A stretch of 64,000 nucleotides of DNA from Podarcis tiliguerta (taxonomy: Eukaryota). The stretch's first letter is position 1; each line of letters begins with the position of its first letter. The position numbers were made by a program, and so were the translations under genes. The notes under the pieces were generated by a model that worked only from the letters and a program-made list of their open reading frames with translations, had not been told where the DNA came from and did not search any database. The stretch is taken from the NCBI GenBank assembly GCA_965153285.1, contig OZ229117.1; one strand, written 5' to 3'. This document shows positions 1 through 13,030 of this stretch, piece by piece.

Positions 1-759
1 TTGCAGGCACTGCAGCTTCATGGCAGAGTGCAACCTTTGCAAATTTGAGGGACCAACTTAGTTTCCTGGTCTACCCAGTCTTCAGATGGTTGACTGAAAT
101 CTCAAACTGCGTTAACAGAGGGGTGGATGGGCCCTTGTTGCTGACTTGATAACATCTGTTGCCTGCCCACCACCCTGCAATGTCCTAAACATAGAGGAGG
201 CCTTGTTTGGGGTTCTTGTGCAGTTGGCAGCTTTGTCCCTGAGGTAAGAAATGTATTGCCACCTCTTGTCTACAAACTCAGACTTGCTTCTAGTGGCATT
301 GTAGAAGTGTGAGTGTGTCTCTTAATATTCACAGGGATTGGCTGCCAGAGGCACATCAGCTGATCCCTTCCAGTGGGTCATGTGTCCAACCTCCCTGGGG
401 GACATTCCTGTGCCCTGGCCTGGGCTAAAACTAGCTGCCTCCCCAATCCTTCAGTGCAAAGACTCTTCTCAGCGCCAAGGTCTCTGCAAACCTGAGGCAC
501 AGAGGAACGATGGGTAAGGGGTGTGTCTTCGGCAGTTCCTGTTGCAATGCATCAGGAGGACCGATGTTTGTTTGTGAAAGTAGCCAGGGATTGGGCTGCT
601 GTGTTACTGGAGCATAATTCCCCCCTACATACACACCTCTTTCTGCGCAGCGAGAGGGATGGAGATGAAAGCAATGGGGGCAAATATTCTGCTCAGAAGC
701 CCGACAGGTCTCTGGTGACCTCCATACCAAGAGAAGGATAGGAGGGTAGGATTTGCTGG

Positions 760-1620
760 AACGTGCCAAGAAGGACGCCGGCCTTTTTGTTGAAAATCTG
801 GGATGCGAAATTGATCAACATTCCTTTTTTTTCCTCCCTCCCCGCCTTTCGTTTTTGGCATGAGCAGGGAAAAGCGGAGCTGGTGTGCTTCTTCCTGGAA
901 TACGTCTGCCAAGCCCACCGCAGCCCCCTGTGCCCCCCAGCCAGCTTGGATTCGGCATTTGCTCCAAACAGAAGGGATGTTCGTGGGCTCCTCTTCTTCT
1001 TCTTCTTCCTCTCCTTCTCCTTCTTTCTTCCCCCTCCTTCAAAAATATGTGGCTACACAATCAGCTGCTGAAAGGATCACAGCACTCTGGGTTTGTTCCC
1101 TGCCAATTTCTCTAAGAGCTCAAGCTGGCACTGCAGGCAGCTCCGGTGGCAACCAAAGGAAGAAGCCGGGGAGGCTGGATCGCAAAAGGAGGGGGAGAAA
1201 AAAAATGGACCCATGCCATCGACAGAGCGGTGTTCTCTGCCAGGATGCCAGAAGGCAGCATGGGGCCAAAAGGAACATACGAGGCTGAGAAGCTGGCAGC
1301 CCACTGCGAAGCAGGTGGCAGCTGAGTTGGCAGAGGTGCCATGGAGGATGGGTTGCCGAGACGCGGCAGCCCAGGCGAAAGAGAGGGAAAAGAGAGAGAG
1401 AAAGGAAGAAAGGAAGGAAGGAGGAAGCAGGGAATCTGGAAAGGCATGGCAGGTAGCGAGCAGGCAGTGAATCCGGAGGAGGAATGAGAAAAAGGTATTT
1501 GCCTTCCTTCTTCTTTTTTTATCCCAAGGAAAAAAAAGATCGTTTGTGTGCCTGTGTTTGTGTGTCCATCTGTGTGCATGGCTGTTTGCCTGCCAGCAGT
1601 GCGCGCGAGTGTGCAGTGAC
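760..1620. promoter_or_regulatory. TE-free, CpG-retaining segment; possible promoter / 5' exon with a candidate splice donor AAG|GTATTT at 1494/1495
   Basis: More CpGs than the flanks, a pyrimidine tract (989-1040), a purine tract (1378-1430) and no recognisable repeat. No recognisable protein in any frame. Confidence 0.3.
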
Positions 1621-2114
1621 ACACCGGTGTGCCTTTGTGCATGGTTATACCTCTCTAGCAGAAGAGAGCTTGGGCTGCTGGGCATTGCTCCCATGGAAGA
1701 AGCCACATCTTGCAGCCTGTGATATTGCCTGGGCTTTCTACCTCTCTTGCTTGTGTTGCCTGTGCCTACAAGTCTAACCTTGCCTAGGTTTGTCTTCAGT
1801 GCCCATCCATTTCCCCTGGCAGTGGAACGCTTTGTCTCAGTCTGGGCAGGGGGCTGGATTTTGTAGTTCCCCCCTTCAGTTTGGGCCTCAGCAAGGCTGA
1901 ACAGACCTTTTGATGGCGCAGCCCCAAATCCAGTGCATTAGTCTTGCTCTTGGAACAAGCTCAGTGAATGGAGGTGGACTAATCCACTCTCCAGCAATGT
2001 ATGGAGTTGGGCTGGCCTGCTCAGTGTGGGGTGGAATTGGGGGCTGGCATCCATAAAGATAAGGCAAAGGTGGGACACACCAGTGGCTGAAAGCCTTGCA
2101 TGCTGAGCAGAGGA

Positions 2115-2236
2115 ACATAGGAATCTGCCTTGGTCCATCTAGCTCAGTATTGTATACTCCGACTGGCAACAGCTCAAGATTTCAAGCGTGAGACACCAGG
2201 GATTGAACCTGGGACCTCCTGTATCCACTCTGGGCC
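2115..2236 (-). mobile_element. tRNA(Ala-like)-headed SINE, degraded
   Basis: Reverse complement of the family seen at 45107-45303 (ggtccatctagctcagtattgt...gggattgaacctgggacct). Confidence 0.7.
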
Positions 2237-2610
2237 TTCCACAATAGATTATGCAAATTGGCATCCCATGGAAATCCCAACAGCGCTCACAGCCAAAGGG
2301 GTAAGAATTTGCTTCCTGCCTTGAGCCAAAATGCAATGTTGCACAAGTGCAAAGATGGGGCAAAATTCCAAACGTTGAAATTTCACTTTGGAAATTCAAC
2401 ATTGATACTTCCCCGGCAACCCCAACCTCTGAAACCTGGCGGATTACAGAAACAACATTCGTTGGCCAAACTCAATATTTGTTTTGCCTAAAATGCCTAA
2501 TTGCTACAGAATTTGTAGCTGGGGATGCTGAAAGCCATTTCAGCTCAGGGTAACAGAAATGTCAATTTTGCAGGCAAAAATGAGATGGTTGAATATTGCT
2601 TGAGAATGTG

Positions 2611-2616
2611 CTCTCT

Positions 2617-2668
<52 letters not shown>
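2611..2668. repeat. Compound microsatellite (CT)n(CA)n
   Basis: Direct sequence. Confidence 0.95.
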
Positions 2669-2669
<1 letters not shown>

Positions 2670-3059
2670 TTCAGCTTTTCTTCCCACACATATCAGGGAA
2701 ATGCCTTCAAATAATGTAGGACAGCGAAGCAATTGAAATCGGGGCAGCTATGGTAGGCATAGGCCTATTAGGAAAAAAACAACTGCTTTCCCTGAGATTT
2801 TCTCACTGTGAGAGAGAGGGCACTGAAACAGGGTTGCTTCAATGCAGGTTCAGCAATTGTAAAAAATAATAACAATAAAATCCCTGCCTAATGGATTATC
2901 CTGGCTTGGCCTAGCTCTGTGTTAGTCGTCTCAAGTCTGCCGTGATGTTGCAGATCAGGCCAGGTGGAAATGGCCCACAGAAGACTGACTTTGCGGTCTG
3001 ACTTTGGTGAAAGACTTATCTCTGGCACTTCAGGCTCGGCCGGGAACAGTGGGAGGAAA

Positions 3060-3492
3060 CAGGGCGGGATTAAGACCTTTAGAGGCCCCAGGCACCAAAA
3101 CAGTTTTGATGCCCACCATAGGTAATACAAGATAAAAACAATAATGAATGGCGCAATAAAAATTTAAAACAAACAAAACATTTATTGCAACACATGACAG
3201 GATCTGATTGCCTTGCATTATTTTCATGTAGGTTAGCAGGATGCCTTCTGGATTAGGTAAGGAAGAGAATTTTTTTTAAAAAACAGAAAAATGAAGGAAG
3301 ACTGTATAGTGAAGTGTAAAGATGTCCAAGAAAGTTCTGATTTTTCCCATGATTGCTTCAATGCTTTTAAAAAAAAATCCAATGTCAAATTATTTCAAAA
3401 ATAACAAGAATCTCATTATTATTTTTTTATGTCTCTGCTTTGCTGGTGTCCTAAACACATGATTAATTTGCCTATTGGGTAACCCAGCACTG
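3060..3492. mobile_element. Old non-autonomous DNA transposon (hAT-like)
   Basis: Imperfect terminal inverted repeats (TIRs) cagggcgggattaa ... taacccagcactg around an AT-rich core; TSD degenerate. Confidence 0.45.
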
Positions 3493-3873
3493 GAATGAAC
3501 CCAGACTATTATAAAGTTGTGGAGCTGCCTTTCCCCCCATCCCACATGATGATTACATGCCATGCTGGAGAGATGCCGAAAGAATAACTAGTGCACTGGT
3601 GCTGGATAAGGGCCACCAGTTTCTCTCTGACTGGTTCTAAGCACCATGTTAGGGCAATATCTTTATTTGGTAGGTCAACCCAAAGATTATCCAGAATCAG
3701 GCTCGGTGGAGGACAGAGCAGGAGGAATGAGTAGGGAGAGATTTGGCTGGTGGTCTCATCTGCTGAAAGTCTTCAAGGCAGGCTGTGAGAGGAGGAAATG
3801 CACATTACTGTACAATGAGGCTGTTTTAGATGTCTGTGCAGGTATCAGGTTATGTTGCAGAAAGGCCTACTGT

Positions 3874-3913
3874 GAAGAAGAAGAAGAAGAAGAAGAAGAA
3901 GAAGAAGAAGAAG
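3874..3913. repeat. (GAA)n microsatellite
   Basis: Direct sequence; explains the poly-E in ORF 3646..3951. Confidence 0.95.
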
Positions 3914-6251
3914 ACATAAGAATTGTGGATTTCCCAAAAGCCAGCTCATGAGGAGTTCTAGAGGGCTTTCGGTTGGCCTAATGACCTAAGAACGGTCATG
4001 TAATTTCCTTATGGGCTTTTGCTTGAAAACCAGTGAGTTGCAGAACTGGTGTCATTTTGTAATGTATTTGGATCTCTAGTATTTCCTAGAACTCAGGATC
4101 GGTTGCATCATCTTTAAAAAGCTGAGGTGGGAGGGTGGGGGATCTCTGAAAAAGGCAGCAAAAAAACCACCTAAAATCAGAATAAATTCACAGCTAATCC
4201 TTGCACCCAGTTCCAGCTTGCCAGCTCTAGAGAGAAGGAGCTACCTCTGAGCATCCTGGTACCACACTTTCCCCATGCTCCATGGCTTTGCATTTCAACA
4301 CGGTCTCTCTTTTCCTTGCTCACAATTTCCTGGTTTTTAATACTTATGCGTATTATACCTTGATGGTGTGTGTGTGTGTGTTTGGGAGAATATAGAGGAT
4401 CTTGAGATATCTCTGAGATCAGGAGGCAGCTGCAGTTGTGTGTTGTCATATACAGCTCCCACCCATGCACCCAAATTGAATTATCAGCAGTGATTAACCA
4501 AGGTGTCTGATAGTGAATGGGTGGCTTTGTGTGAAAATTAGCTTGAGTTCAGCAGCATTGACCTTAGAGCACATAACTAAGCTGAAAGATAATAGATACA
4601 CAGGGGGAAAGAGAAGGAGTGAGAGAGCTGGTTTTTAATGGACTCCCTTACACATACTGGGTATTTGTTTTACAAACTTATGAGTTGTTACAGAATTGCA
4701 GCCCATGGAGGTTTCCAAGAAAAAGCAAGGTAGCTGATAGGAATGGGCAAATTTGTCACATTCAGCCCTCTCAGTTTCTTATTTTTCTACGTTTTTCTAT
4801 CAGTTTGCAATAAAAAAGAAGCCCTCATAAAAAAATTCACCAGTATTTTAGTTTGAATTTCTCCTAATATACACACATATATATATTTTGCAAATCTTTT
4901 CACATAGTATCATGCATTTTTGTATGTTATTTTCATTATATATGCATTTTATATGCACTTTCCCCTTATACATGGATTTCATAATCTAACAGTTGTCTTT
5001 TCCCAGGGCACCCTGAGAACTGTATTTTTGAGAGGGGTATTGGGTTAGGCTTGCAGGAACAAAAAAAGTTTTTGTACCCCCAGCAAACCTACATTTCCCT
5101 GGATTCTTTGAGGGAAATCATATCCGTTACATGGGTATAAAGCTGATGCTTTATTGGTAGAGCTCAGCCCTGTCTCAGTGCATAGAATGGCCCACCAGAT
5201 CCCTTCTGTGCTACTCCAAACACATCCTGAAACAGCTCCTCCCTGGCTGGTCCAACTGGGTAGAAGCCATCTAAAGTGGTTTCTTGGGAGTGGCGTACAC
5301 AATACTTTCAGGGGCCACAAATGAGACAAGGTATGAACCTTTTGCCATGTCACAGAAGGTCCGCTGGAGCAAAAGACTTGGATGGTGCAATGATCACAAA
5401 TACAGTGAAATTCAGAAAACCAGGCTGGCGAGAAGACTGTGGCATTGTGGCAACTCTCGCCCTTCCAGCATTATCTCTCTCTGTGTGTCTATTGAAAATG
5501 CAAATGGGGGAATTCAACCATGCAGCCAGCCCAGTCCCAATCCCCATGGCGTGGTCCCTACTGTGGGGAAGCAAGGACATCAGGACAGGCGTGTAGAGCT
5601 ATGCAGGCTGGGTTCTCTCCCCCTGCCCCATTTCTCCTTCCTCTTCTTTTCTAACCCACTCTCTCTCTCTCTCTCCCTTCCCTTTCCATATTTCACAGTC
5701 CCTGCTTCCTGCATAAAGCCTGGAGGTCTCCAGAGACCCCGGCCAGATGTTCTCTGCAGAGCAGCACATTGCTTCGCTAATGAAATATTCATAGAGCCTC
5801 GCTGCCTTTTGACATGAAAGCCTTCTGCAGCTTCCCAAACGATGGAGACCGGCCCTGCGCAGGCTGCATTCCGATAAAGGTGCAGGTCCCAAATGCTTCT
5901 TCCAATGCTGCTGCCACCAGCTCCTGGTTTTTTAGCAGGGAGCAGACCACAAGCCCATGCAGGCTGGTGCTGCCGACTGCTTTGGCATGGAGGGCCTCCT
6001 TCCCTCCACTGCCTCCCCCCATTCTGACCTTGGCACCAGCCAGCCACACACCATCCCAGGGCAGGCAGCCATTACCTCTGGGTGAACAGCTTGTCAGTCA
6101 GCTCTACCAGATACCAGCTTGCCCTGTGGCACTTGGCACATGCAGATAGGCTGCTAACTTTGGGTTTGGTGGCCTGGTTAGACGTTTTGTGCTTTGCTGA
6201 CGGGTAGATGTATCAATCCAAGTGCTTATAGGGTTGTGTCTGGCCCACGAA

Positions 6252-6667
6252 AAGGAACAGCAGGGGAAACATTAGATTCAGTTCACATCAAAAGGCGGAC
6301 TTACCTAATGTGCAGATTGGAACGTAGCCATCCTTTGAAATTCACATTTACTCGAATTTTGCAGTATAGTTCTCCAGCTAAGTAATGTGTACAAAAACGC
6401 ATATGCTAGGATAAAGTGTGAATAGTAGTGCATATGGGGGGGGGGTTGGACCTACAAATATACATTATATTGGGGGGAATGCTTTCCAAAAATTAGTGTA
6501 TTGGGCAAAATTGCACATATAAATGTGTATTGTAGGGTGAATTTTCATGAGAATTTAATATTTTCCTCCTCCCTGCAAACTGATGTGGAAATGTGGGGAA
6601 CTGAAATTAAGTCTGGAAAAAATGAGAAACTGAGAGAAACCTAAACTGACTTATTCACTCATCCCTA
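6252..6667 (-). mobile_element. AT-rich non-autonomous DNA element (tagggatg...catcccta termini, hAT-like)
   Basis: Same family as 4735-4985, 21320-21745, 31617-32169, 40197-40605, 55735-55960, 58180-58288 and 60620-61010. Confidence 0.75.
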
Positions 6668-6734
6668 GCCACAAAACGAAGAGCGAGTGAGACATCAGTA
6701 CCGGCTCCTGGTAGTCGATCGCTTGATGAAGATG

Positions 6735-7062
6735 TCGACCCAGCAAATGCCACGCTAAGGATCGTTAGGAAAGGGACTGATAATAAAATTGTCAATATCA
6801 TATTGCTATTCTGCAAATCTGTGGCTAGACCTCACTTGAAATACTGTGTGCCATTGTGGTCACCTCAACTCAAAAAAGGAGGCATAGAGAGTCTTCTAGT
6901 GACTCAGTTGGTTAGAGCATGATGCTGGTAACAGCAAGGTTGAAGGTCCAATCCCCGTACAGGCTTGCTGCATATTCCTTCATTGCAGGGGGTTGGACTG
7001 GGTGAGCCTTGGGATCATACAATTCTATGATCAGAGCTGGGAAAGGTTCAGAAAAAGCAAAT
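6735..7062 (+). mobile_element. CR1 ORF2 fragment interrupted by a tRNA(Ile)-CR1 SINE (6898-7030)
   Basis: CR1 RT-like sequence (...agacctcacttgaaatactgtgtg...tggtcacctcaactcaaaaaagga) resumes as gagctgggaaaggttcagaaa after a SINE. The SINE has the head ctcagttggttagagcatgatgctggtaac and an attctatga tail. Confidence 0.75.
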
Positions 7063-7483
7063 AACCCAGAACTGGCCCTACTAAACGCCTTCCAAGACAA
7101 TAATGCCCACTTACGATTGTGGGGAGCAAGAGACCCTCTGTGGATCCCCTTTGTCTGGAAACTGAGAATTCTCACCTTCTGCTGACATCTTTGGGTGCTC
7201 TACACAAGGCAAGGACAGCAACACAGTAGAAGTGGGTCTCTTCCAGCAAGACTTGGGGACCCCAGAAGTTCCTGAATCTGCTGCAGTCTGGAGCTATCCC
7301 TGACTTTATTACAGTAGCAGGCAACTTCTGTTTTTCAACTTGTTTTCTCCCTTTGGACAACTCAAAGCCTTGACCAACGTGAGCTGATAGTAACTGCGTT
7401 ACAGACTAAGCTCTGTGTTGACATAGAAGATCCAATATGGGATTGCTTACTTAAAAGCTGCCTTGATGGGCTCCAGTGCAGAA

Positions 7484-7485
<2 letters not shown>

Positions 7486-7526
<41 letters not shown>
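7486..7526. repeat. (TG)n microsatellite
   Basis: Direct sequence. Confidence 0.95.
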
Positions 7527-7528
<2 letters not shown>

Positions 7529-9884
7529 ATGCATGTGCGTTTTAAATCCTTTCTCCTTTTCACTATTTTCCTGATCCAAATTGCCCACCCCCCAGCAAAG
7601 CGACTACAAGTCTCACTGAAGGCGTGTGTGAAAATACCAATTTCCCACCCACCATGCTAGTAGTCACTTCAGGGGATGACATCATAGATAGATCAAGAAA
7701 GTGGTGCCGTGGGGGAAAGAGTTAACCACCATCACCCTCTGTGACATGTGGCGTTGCTTGCAGGCTTCAGGTCATAGCCACTGTCTTGAAGGCATGCGGG
7801 AGAGCTATGAAGAAGCAAGGAGGGGAAGACAAAGCTATATTGCTTATCTATTTACATTGTTTATATGCCACTTTTCATAAAGTGGTTTGCATAATATTAT
7901 TACACCAACACACATCATTTTAAACAAACGTTATGAAATAATGGGAAATACAAGTGCTATGTTTAGAAAAATGTGAGCCCCCCCCCTCAGGCCAAGATGG
8001 GCCTCCAGACATGTCTGTGATTACAATTGTGGGCAGGGAAGGACCACTTGATGGTGATAGTTCCTCAAGCTTTTTTCTCCTCCACTTTTATATCAGGTGA
8101 GATTATTGCTCCATCAAGATTGTCCTTTCTTTACCTACTTACCTGGTAATAAATCCCACTGAACTCAGTTGGGCTGCCTTCTGAGAAGAGGTCGATAGTT
8201 CACAGGCAAGGTTCATAGCTCAGTGGTACATATAGCAGCTGCTTTGTACACAGAAGGTTCAATCCTTGGCATCTCCAAGTAGAAGAGACGCTCATCTGAA
8301 ACCTTGGAGAGCCACTGCCAGTCACTGTTGATTGTATCATCTAAGTTCCACTCAGGCCTCTTGAAATGGCTAATTCAGGTCCATTAATTTGAACAGGCAG
8401 GGCTGCCCCCAAGACATTTTGGCACCTGAGGCGAACCACCCTCTTGCCAGGGAAGAGGAGGGGAGTGAGGAGCTACATCAGGAACAACAGGAGGGAATAA
8501 TGGTCAACATTGGGAACAGGGGGTGGGAGGAGACCAGCAGGGCCTCCTAGTCACCAAAAGCCCACTGCAAAGGCAGCATTGGGGCAGGGGCTGCTAACAA
8601 GTGCCAGATCTGGCCTCCAAGGAGTGTGTGGCAGCTGCTGTTGGTGTCACCTTGAGCTCCTTGGAGAAGAAGGTGAGGTATAAATGCAATAAAAATAAAA
8701 ATGAATACCAAGTGAGATGGACCACTCAATATAAGGAACTTTCCTTAGCTCCAAGCCACAGACAGGACAGCACTGGTAGCCCAGTGTTGCCTGCTGTGAC
8801 CTTGCATCAGGCAGCTCTCAGACAGAGAGAGGCCCTTTCTCTTTTGCCTGCTGCTCCCTGACCCCTTTTAACTGGAGATGTGCAAACTGAGCTTGAGACT
8901 TTATGCATGCAAAGACAGGAGCTGCAATCACTCCTCCTTACACCACACCCGAACCCCTTTTGTCTCATTGCCCAATCCAGCCCGTTGCTTTTCAGTCTTT
9001 CCTGTTTTCTCTAGGTTTCCTAGTTTTCCTTTTAAAAAGTAAATCTTTGCCCCAGAGAACCAGCTGAATTCCTGCCTGCCACTCCATCCAAGGTGGGTGG
9101 GTGGGGGGCTGCTGGTCGGATTCCTGCACTGAGTCCATGAGGATGCATGCCGGGTCAGCCTCCAGGGACCCACTAACCATCTTATAAGCAGGGGCTGCTT
9201 TGAACCCACCTCCTCAAAATAATATTCCTCCCACCATCACCCCTGAAACAAATAAAAAAACCGGAGCCAGACCTGAGGGAATTGGCTGGCTCTGAGGAGT
9301 GGCTGGCTAATCAAAACATATGCCACATTGCTGGGAGAGGCTCCGCAACTTGCTGGCGGTGTGAAAGGGAAATTAGCATAGCAGCAGGCCTGTGAAGAGC
9401 CCCAGCGTGGATGCCAAGGCAAGCTGCCCAGCCAGGATCAAGGCAATCCGCTGGCTGGTGCCTGCTTCATATAGAGTGCTGGCCTAGAGGGTCATGAAGC
9501 TAAGCCAAGAGAACGGAAGGCCCACGACTGAGCTAATTCCAGGGTCTCCATCATGGTGCCCTTGGTGCCCACCTAGACTCCATGTCCCTCTCAGTTTTTA
9601 ATTGTAGAAGCAAGGGGGTGTTGTGGCTTTTTCTTTGGTGGGAGGGTTGCCTGATTGTGGGGAGAGGGGTGGCCCGCATTTTGTCTGTGTTTTGTTTGTT
9701 TTGGTGTGTGTGTGTGTGTGTGCGTGCATGCATGTGTGTGTGTGTGTGTGCTGCCTGGCTCTTTTTTTAAGCCAAGAGATCTGTGTACCATCAGTTTTCT
9801 TCTGTGAAATGGGTATCTGTGACAGTTTTGTCTGTGAAGTGGGGTCTGTAACAGTTTCCTAGACTCCACATGTGCCCCAGCACC

Positions 9885-10386
9885 AAAAGGGCCATTTAGC
9901 CCAGCAGCCTGTTCTCACAGTGGCCAACCAGGTGCCTCTGGGGAGCCCACAAGGGTGACCTAAATGCAACAGTTGTGTTCTCCACACTTGTGAATCCCAG
10001 CAAGTAGTTCACTGTCTCTGCAAGGGAACATAACAAGGGCCTGCTGGATCAGGCCAAAGGCCCATCTAGTCTAGTATGCTGTTCTCACAGTGATCAGCCA
10101 GGTGCCTGTGGGACTCAGGTAAGCAGGAGCTGAGCAAAAGAGCAGTCTTCTCTCCTGCGGCTTCCAGCAACTGGTAGGCAGAAGGATGTCTCTGACATGG
10201 AGACAGAACATAGCCAACATGGCTAATAGCCACTGAAAGCCTTCTCCACCTCCATGAATTTTTCCAGTCCTCTTTTAAAGCCATCCAAGTTGGTGGCCAC
10301 CACTGCCTCCTGTGGGAGGTGATAAACTTTGTTTTCTGTCCTGAACCTTCCAACGTGCAGCTTTACTGAATTATCTACAATTTATA

Positions 10387-10439
<53 letters not shown>

Positions 10440-10740
10440 TTCCTTTATCTGTTTTCTCTTTGCATTGCTTATTTTAATAAACTTCTAACATGTCACTTCT
10501 TACCTTTTCTCTAAGCTAAAATGCCCCCAATGCAGCAACCTTTCCTCCTAGGAAAGCTGTCCCATCCTAGTGGAAGGTAGAGCATAGCCATTGCAGCTAG
10601 TAGCTATTGATAGCCTTATCCTCCAGTAATTTGTCAAATCCCATTTTAAAACCGTCCAAGTTCATGGTCCTCACTGCATGGTGTGGCTGCAGATTCCATC
10701 CTTTAGCCACGTGCTGTGTGACAAAAGTCCTTCCTAATCT
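9885..10740 (-). mobile_element. Cluster of CR1 3'-end fragments with an embedded (TG)n(GA)n microsatellite (10387-10436)
   Basis: Recurrent 3'UTR ctgctggatcaggcc...ctgttctcacagtg. The same family is joined to CR1 RT coding sequence at 28086-28646. Confidence 0.75.
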
Positions 10741-12429
10741 AAATAAGGGTGTTCTTTTTCTCTCTTCTGCTTTTTCTCTGGATGAGATGCAAATTTTATA
10801 GTGCATCTGAAATTGAATACACATCTTCCCCCCACTCATATGCATACCCTCTAATGGCAAGATGACAATTAGTCTATGTGTGACTGCAGCCCATTTAGGG
10901 CCAGAGCCTTGCAATTCTTTCTTCTGTGAAGGGTGTGGTGTATTACCAGAGAGTAACTCTCGGGGAACGGCAACCTCTGAGTATTGACAGCCCCGCAGCT
11001 TCTATACCAGCAGCCACCACTTCCCCTCCTTCCATTTTCAAACAGACAGGATCACACAGGGAGAGAAAATGGCTGAAGTTCTGATTTGCAAAAGGCCCTG
11101 AGCGCACAGGCTGCCATACAGGGATGGTGATGGTAGTGATGGAGGAGGCCGACGTTTGCTCTCCTGTCCTTTCTCCACAGACCAGATTGAGGAAGGGACA
11201 AAGAAGGTGGGCGGGCGAGATGGATTTGATAGCCAAGCCCAGGAATAGGCACCCCAACGGCCAGGCTCCCCCAAGCCGGCCGGATGGTAATCAGCTATGC
11301 ATGTCGTGTAGAAATAAAAACATGTTCTGGAGAACAAATGATGTTAATTTGCTGAGAGGCTCCGAAGCCGCGTATTAGCAAGGTGCCTTGAGGGAGGGAA
11401 GGAGGGAGGGCGCAGCAGCTGTGCTGGAATTAATGGCAGTACGCCAAATTAGCTCTACCATGCATCATAGTCAGAGGGAGAAATACCAGCTGAAGGAGGG
11501 AGGGGAGGAGGGAGGGGAGCGGGAGCACGATCCTCCAGGAAGTTCTCCTGTGCAAGCTGCACTGAAATGAACAAGATATTACACTATTTAAAGAGAGCAA
11601 AGGCACATGGGTTGTCTTTCCACAGACACCAGATATGCATTTGTACAGCAGTCCTGTCTGGGATGCCTTAGGCTGGGCACACATCAACCATGGACTCTGG
11701 CTTCAATGCAAACCCCCCCCCCCCCCACCAACCGGCTTTTGAATCTGTGCACCCATGACATTACACACGATGCACAGCCATCCTCTAGGTTCCTGAAGAA
11801 CATGGCTGCTTTGATGCATTTCCCCTCAAACCAGCTTCATCCCAGAAGGAACGCTTAAGCCACATGCACTTAACAGTGAAGATGAGGTGTGTACATTTGA
11901 AAACAGCCATTGAGCATGTGCAGAGGACAGCTTCGCCAAATAAGAGTTTGGAGGGTTTGCAAGGGTAGGGAGTAAAACAGGTAGTGTACATCAGGTGAAG
12001 ACATCGCCGCCGCCCCCCGCCCACTCTCTGTTGTGTACAGCAGTGTGCAAATCTGACTTGGAGAAGGGCACAAGGGAGGATGATGACCTTGCTGTGTTTT
12101 AATCTGCTAATATGTACATGTAGCCTTAGTTTTGTGGATTCTGGGTACTGGAAACACAAGAGGATGCTTCTGTCCTGGATCATGGCCTGGGGAGCAGGTC
12201 CTAGGAGGAAAACGTCACCTGTTTATTTATGCATTCACACACATGCTTTCTGCCCTGGCACCCAAGGCAGTTTATAAATTTAAAATTTTAACCCAAACCA
12301 ATGGTACAAAATATTCCCAGGTGCTGAAGGTCTGTGCTCCCTGGCTTGGACTTCCTGGCTTCTACCCTCCCTCTGGGCATATACAGTAGGTCTTAAGCAG
12401 ACCCAAGGAAGGTGGAGAAGGGAAGGCCT

Positions 12430-13030
12430 CAACAGGTTGGAAAAGATGGACATGTGATTGAGTGATAATATAGGAGAGCCATCTTCAAATATCTGAAGGG
12501 CTACTCTATAGATAGTGCAGCAACTCGTTTTCTCTTGCTCCAGAAGGCAGGAATACAACCAATAGGTTCAAATTACAAGTAAAGGGATTTAGACCTGGAG
12601 TTCCAAACTGTGGTCTGCAGTGTGTCTGTAGATATGTGGTTGAAAACAAGAGGCATCAAATATTCATATGAACTTTTAATTCTGTTGTTATGGCTTCTTT
12701 TATTACTTTCATTGTATGACAATTTGAATTCTGCAGCATCTAGCACAGCGCACTGCAATTGCTACAAGAGGCAGGAAAAATCATTAAGTGGTCTCCCGAG
12801 ATCCTCAGCAATTGTCATTTGCTCTGTGGGGCAGGGGGTGTTTAGAATGAAACATTAGGAAGAATTTCTTCATGGTATGAGCTGTTGAACAGTAGAACAG
12901 GCTGCCTCAGAAGGCAGTAGACGCTCTTTCATTAGAGATTTATCAACGATGTTGTAGTGTGGGGCTTCTTGCAATGGGAGTAGGTTAGACTAGGTGGCAT
13001 TTGGGGTCCTTTTGAACTCTAGGATACTAT
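12430..13030 (+). mobile_element. CR1 3' end, split by a ~250-bp insertion (about 12595-12842)
   Basis: gccatcttcaaatatctgaagggct...ttcaaattacaag, then aacattaggaagaatttc...gttagactag, typical of the CR1 ORF2 C-terminus and 3'UTR. Confidence 0.65.

Noticed and set aside
224-519. Apparent exon/intron pattern: donor GAG|GTAAGA at 243, a 91-nt gap, acceptor at 334, an open 179-nt frame and donor TGG|GTAAGG at 513
   Set aside because: Weak pyrimidine tract and branch point, unrecognisable peptide and no upstream ATG in frame; compatible with chance. RNA-seq would be needed.
1077-1706. 209-aa minus-strand ORF and overlapping ORFs
   Set aside because: Low-complexity translation of GA/CT and TG tracts with no domain similarity that I recognise
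6898-6970. tRNA-like sequences here and at about 8212, 35931, 45107, 49466 and 61741
   Set aside because: They are SINE heads fused to LINE-derived tails and lack intact cloverleafs
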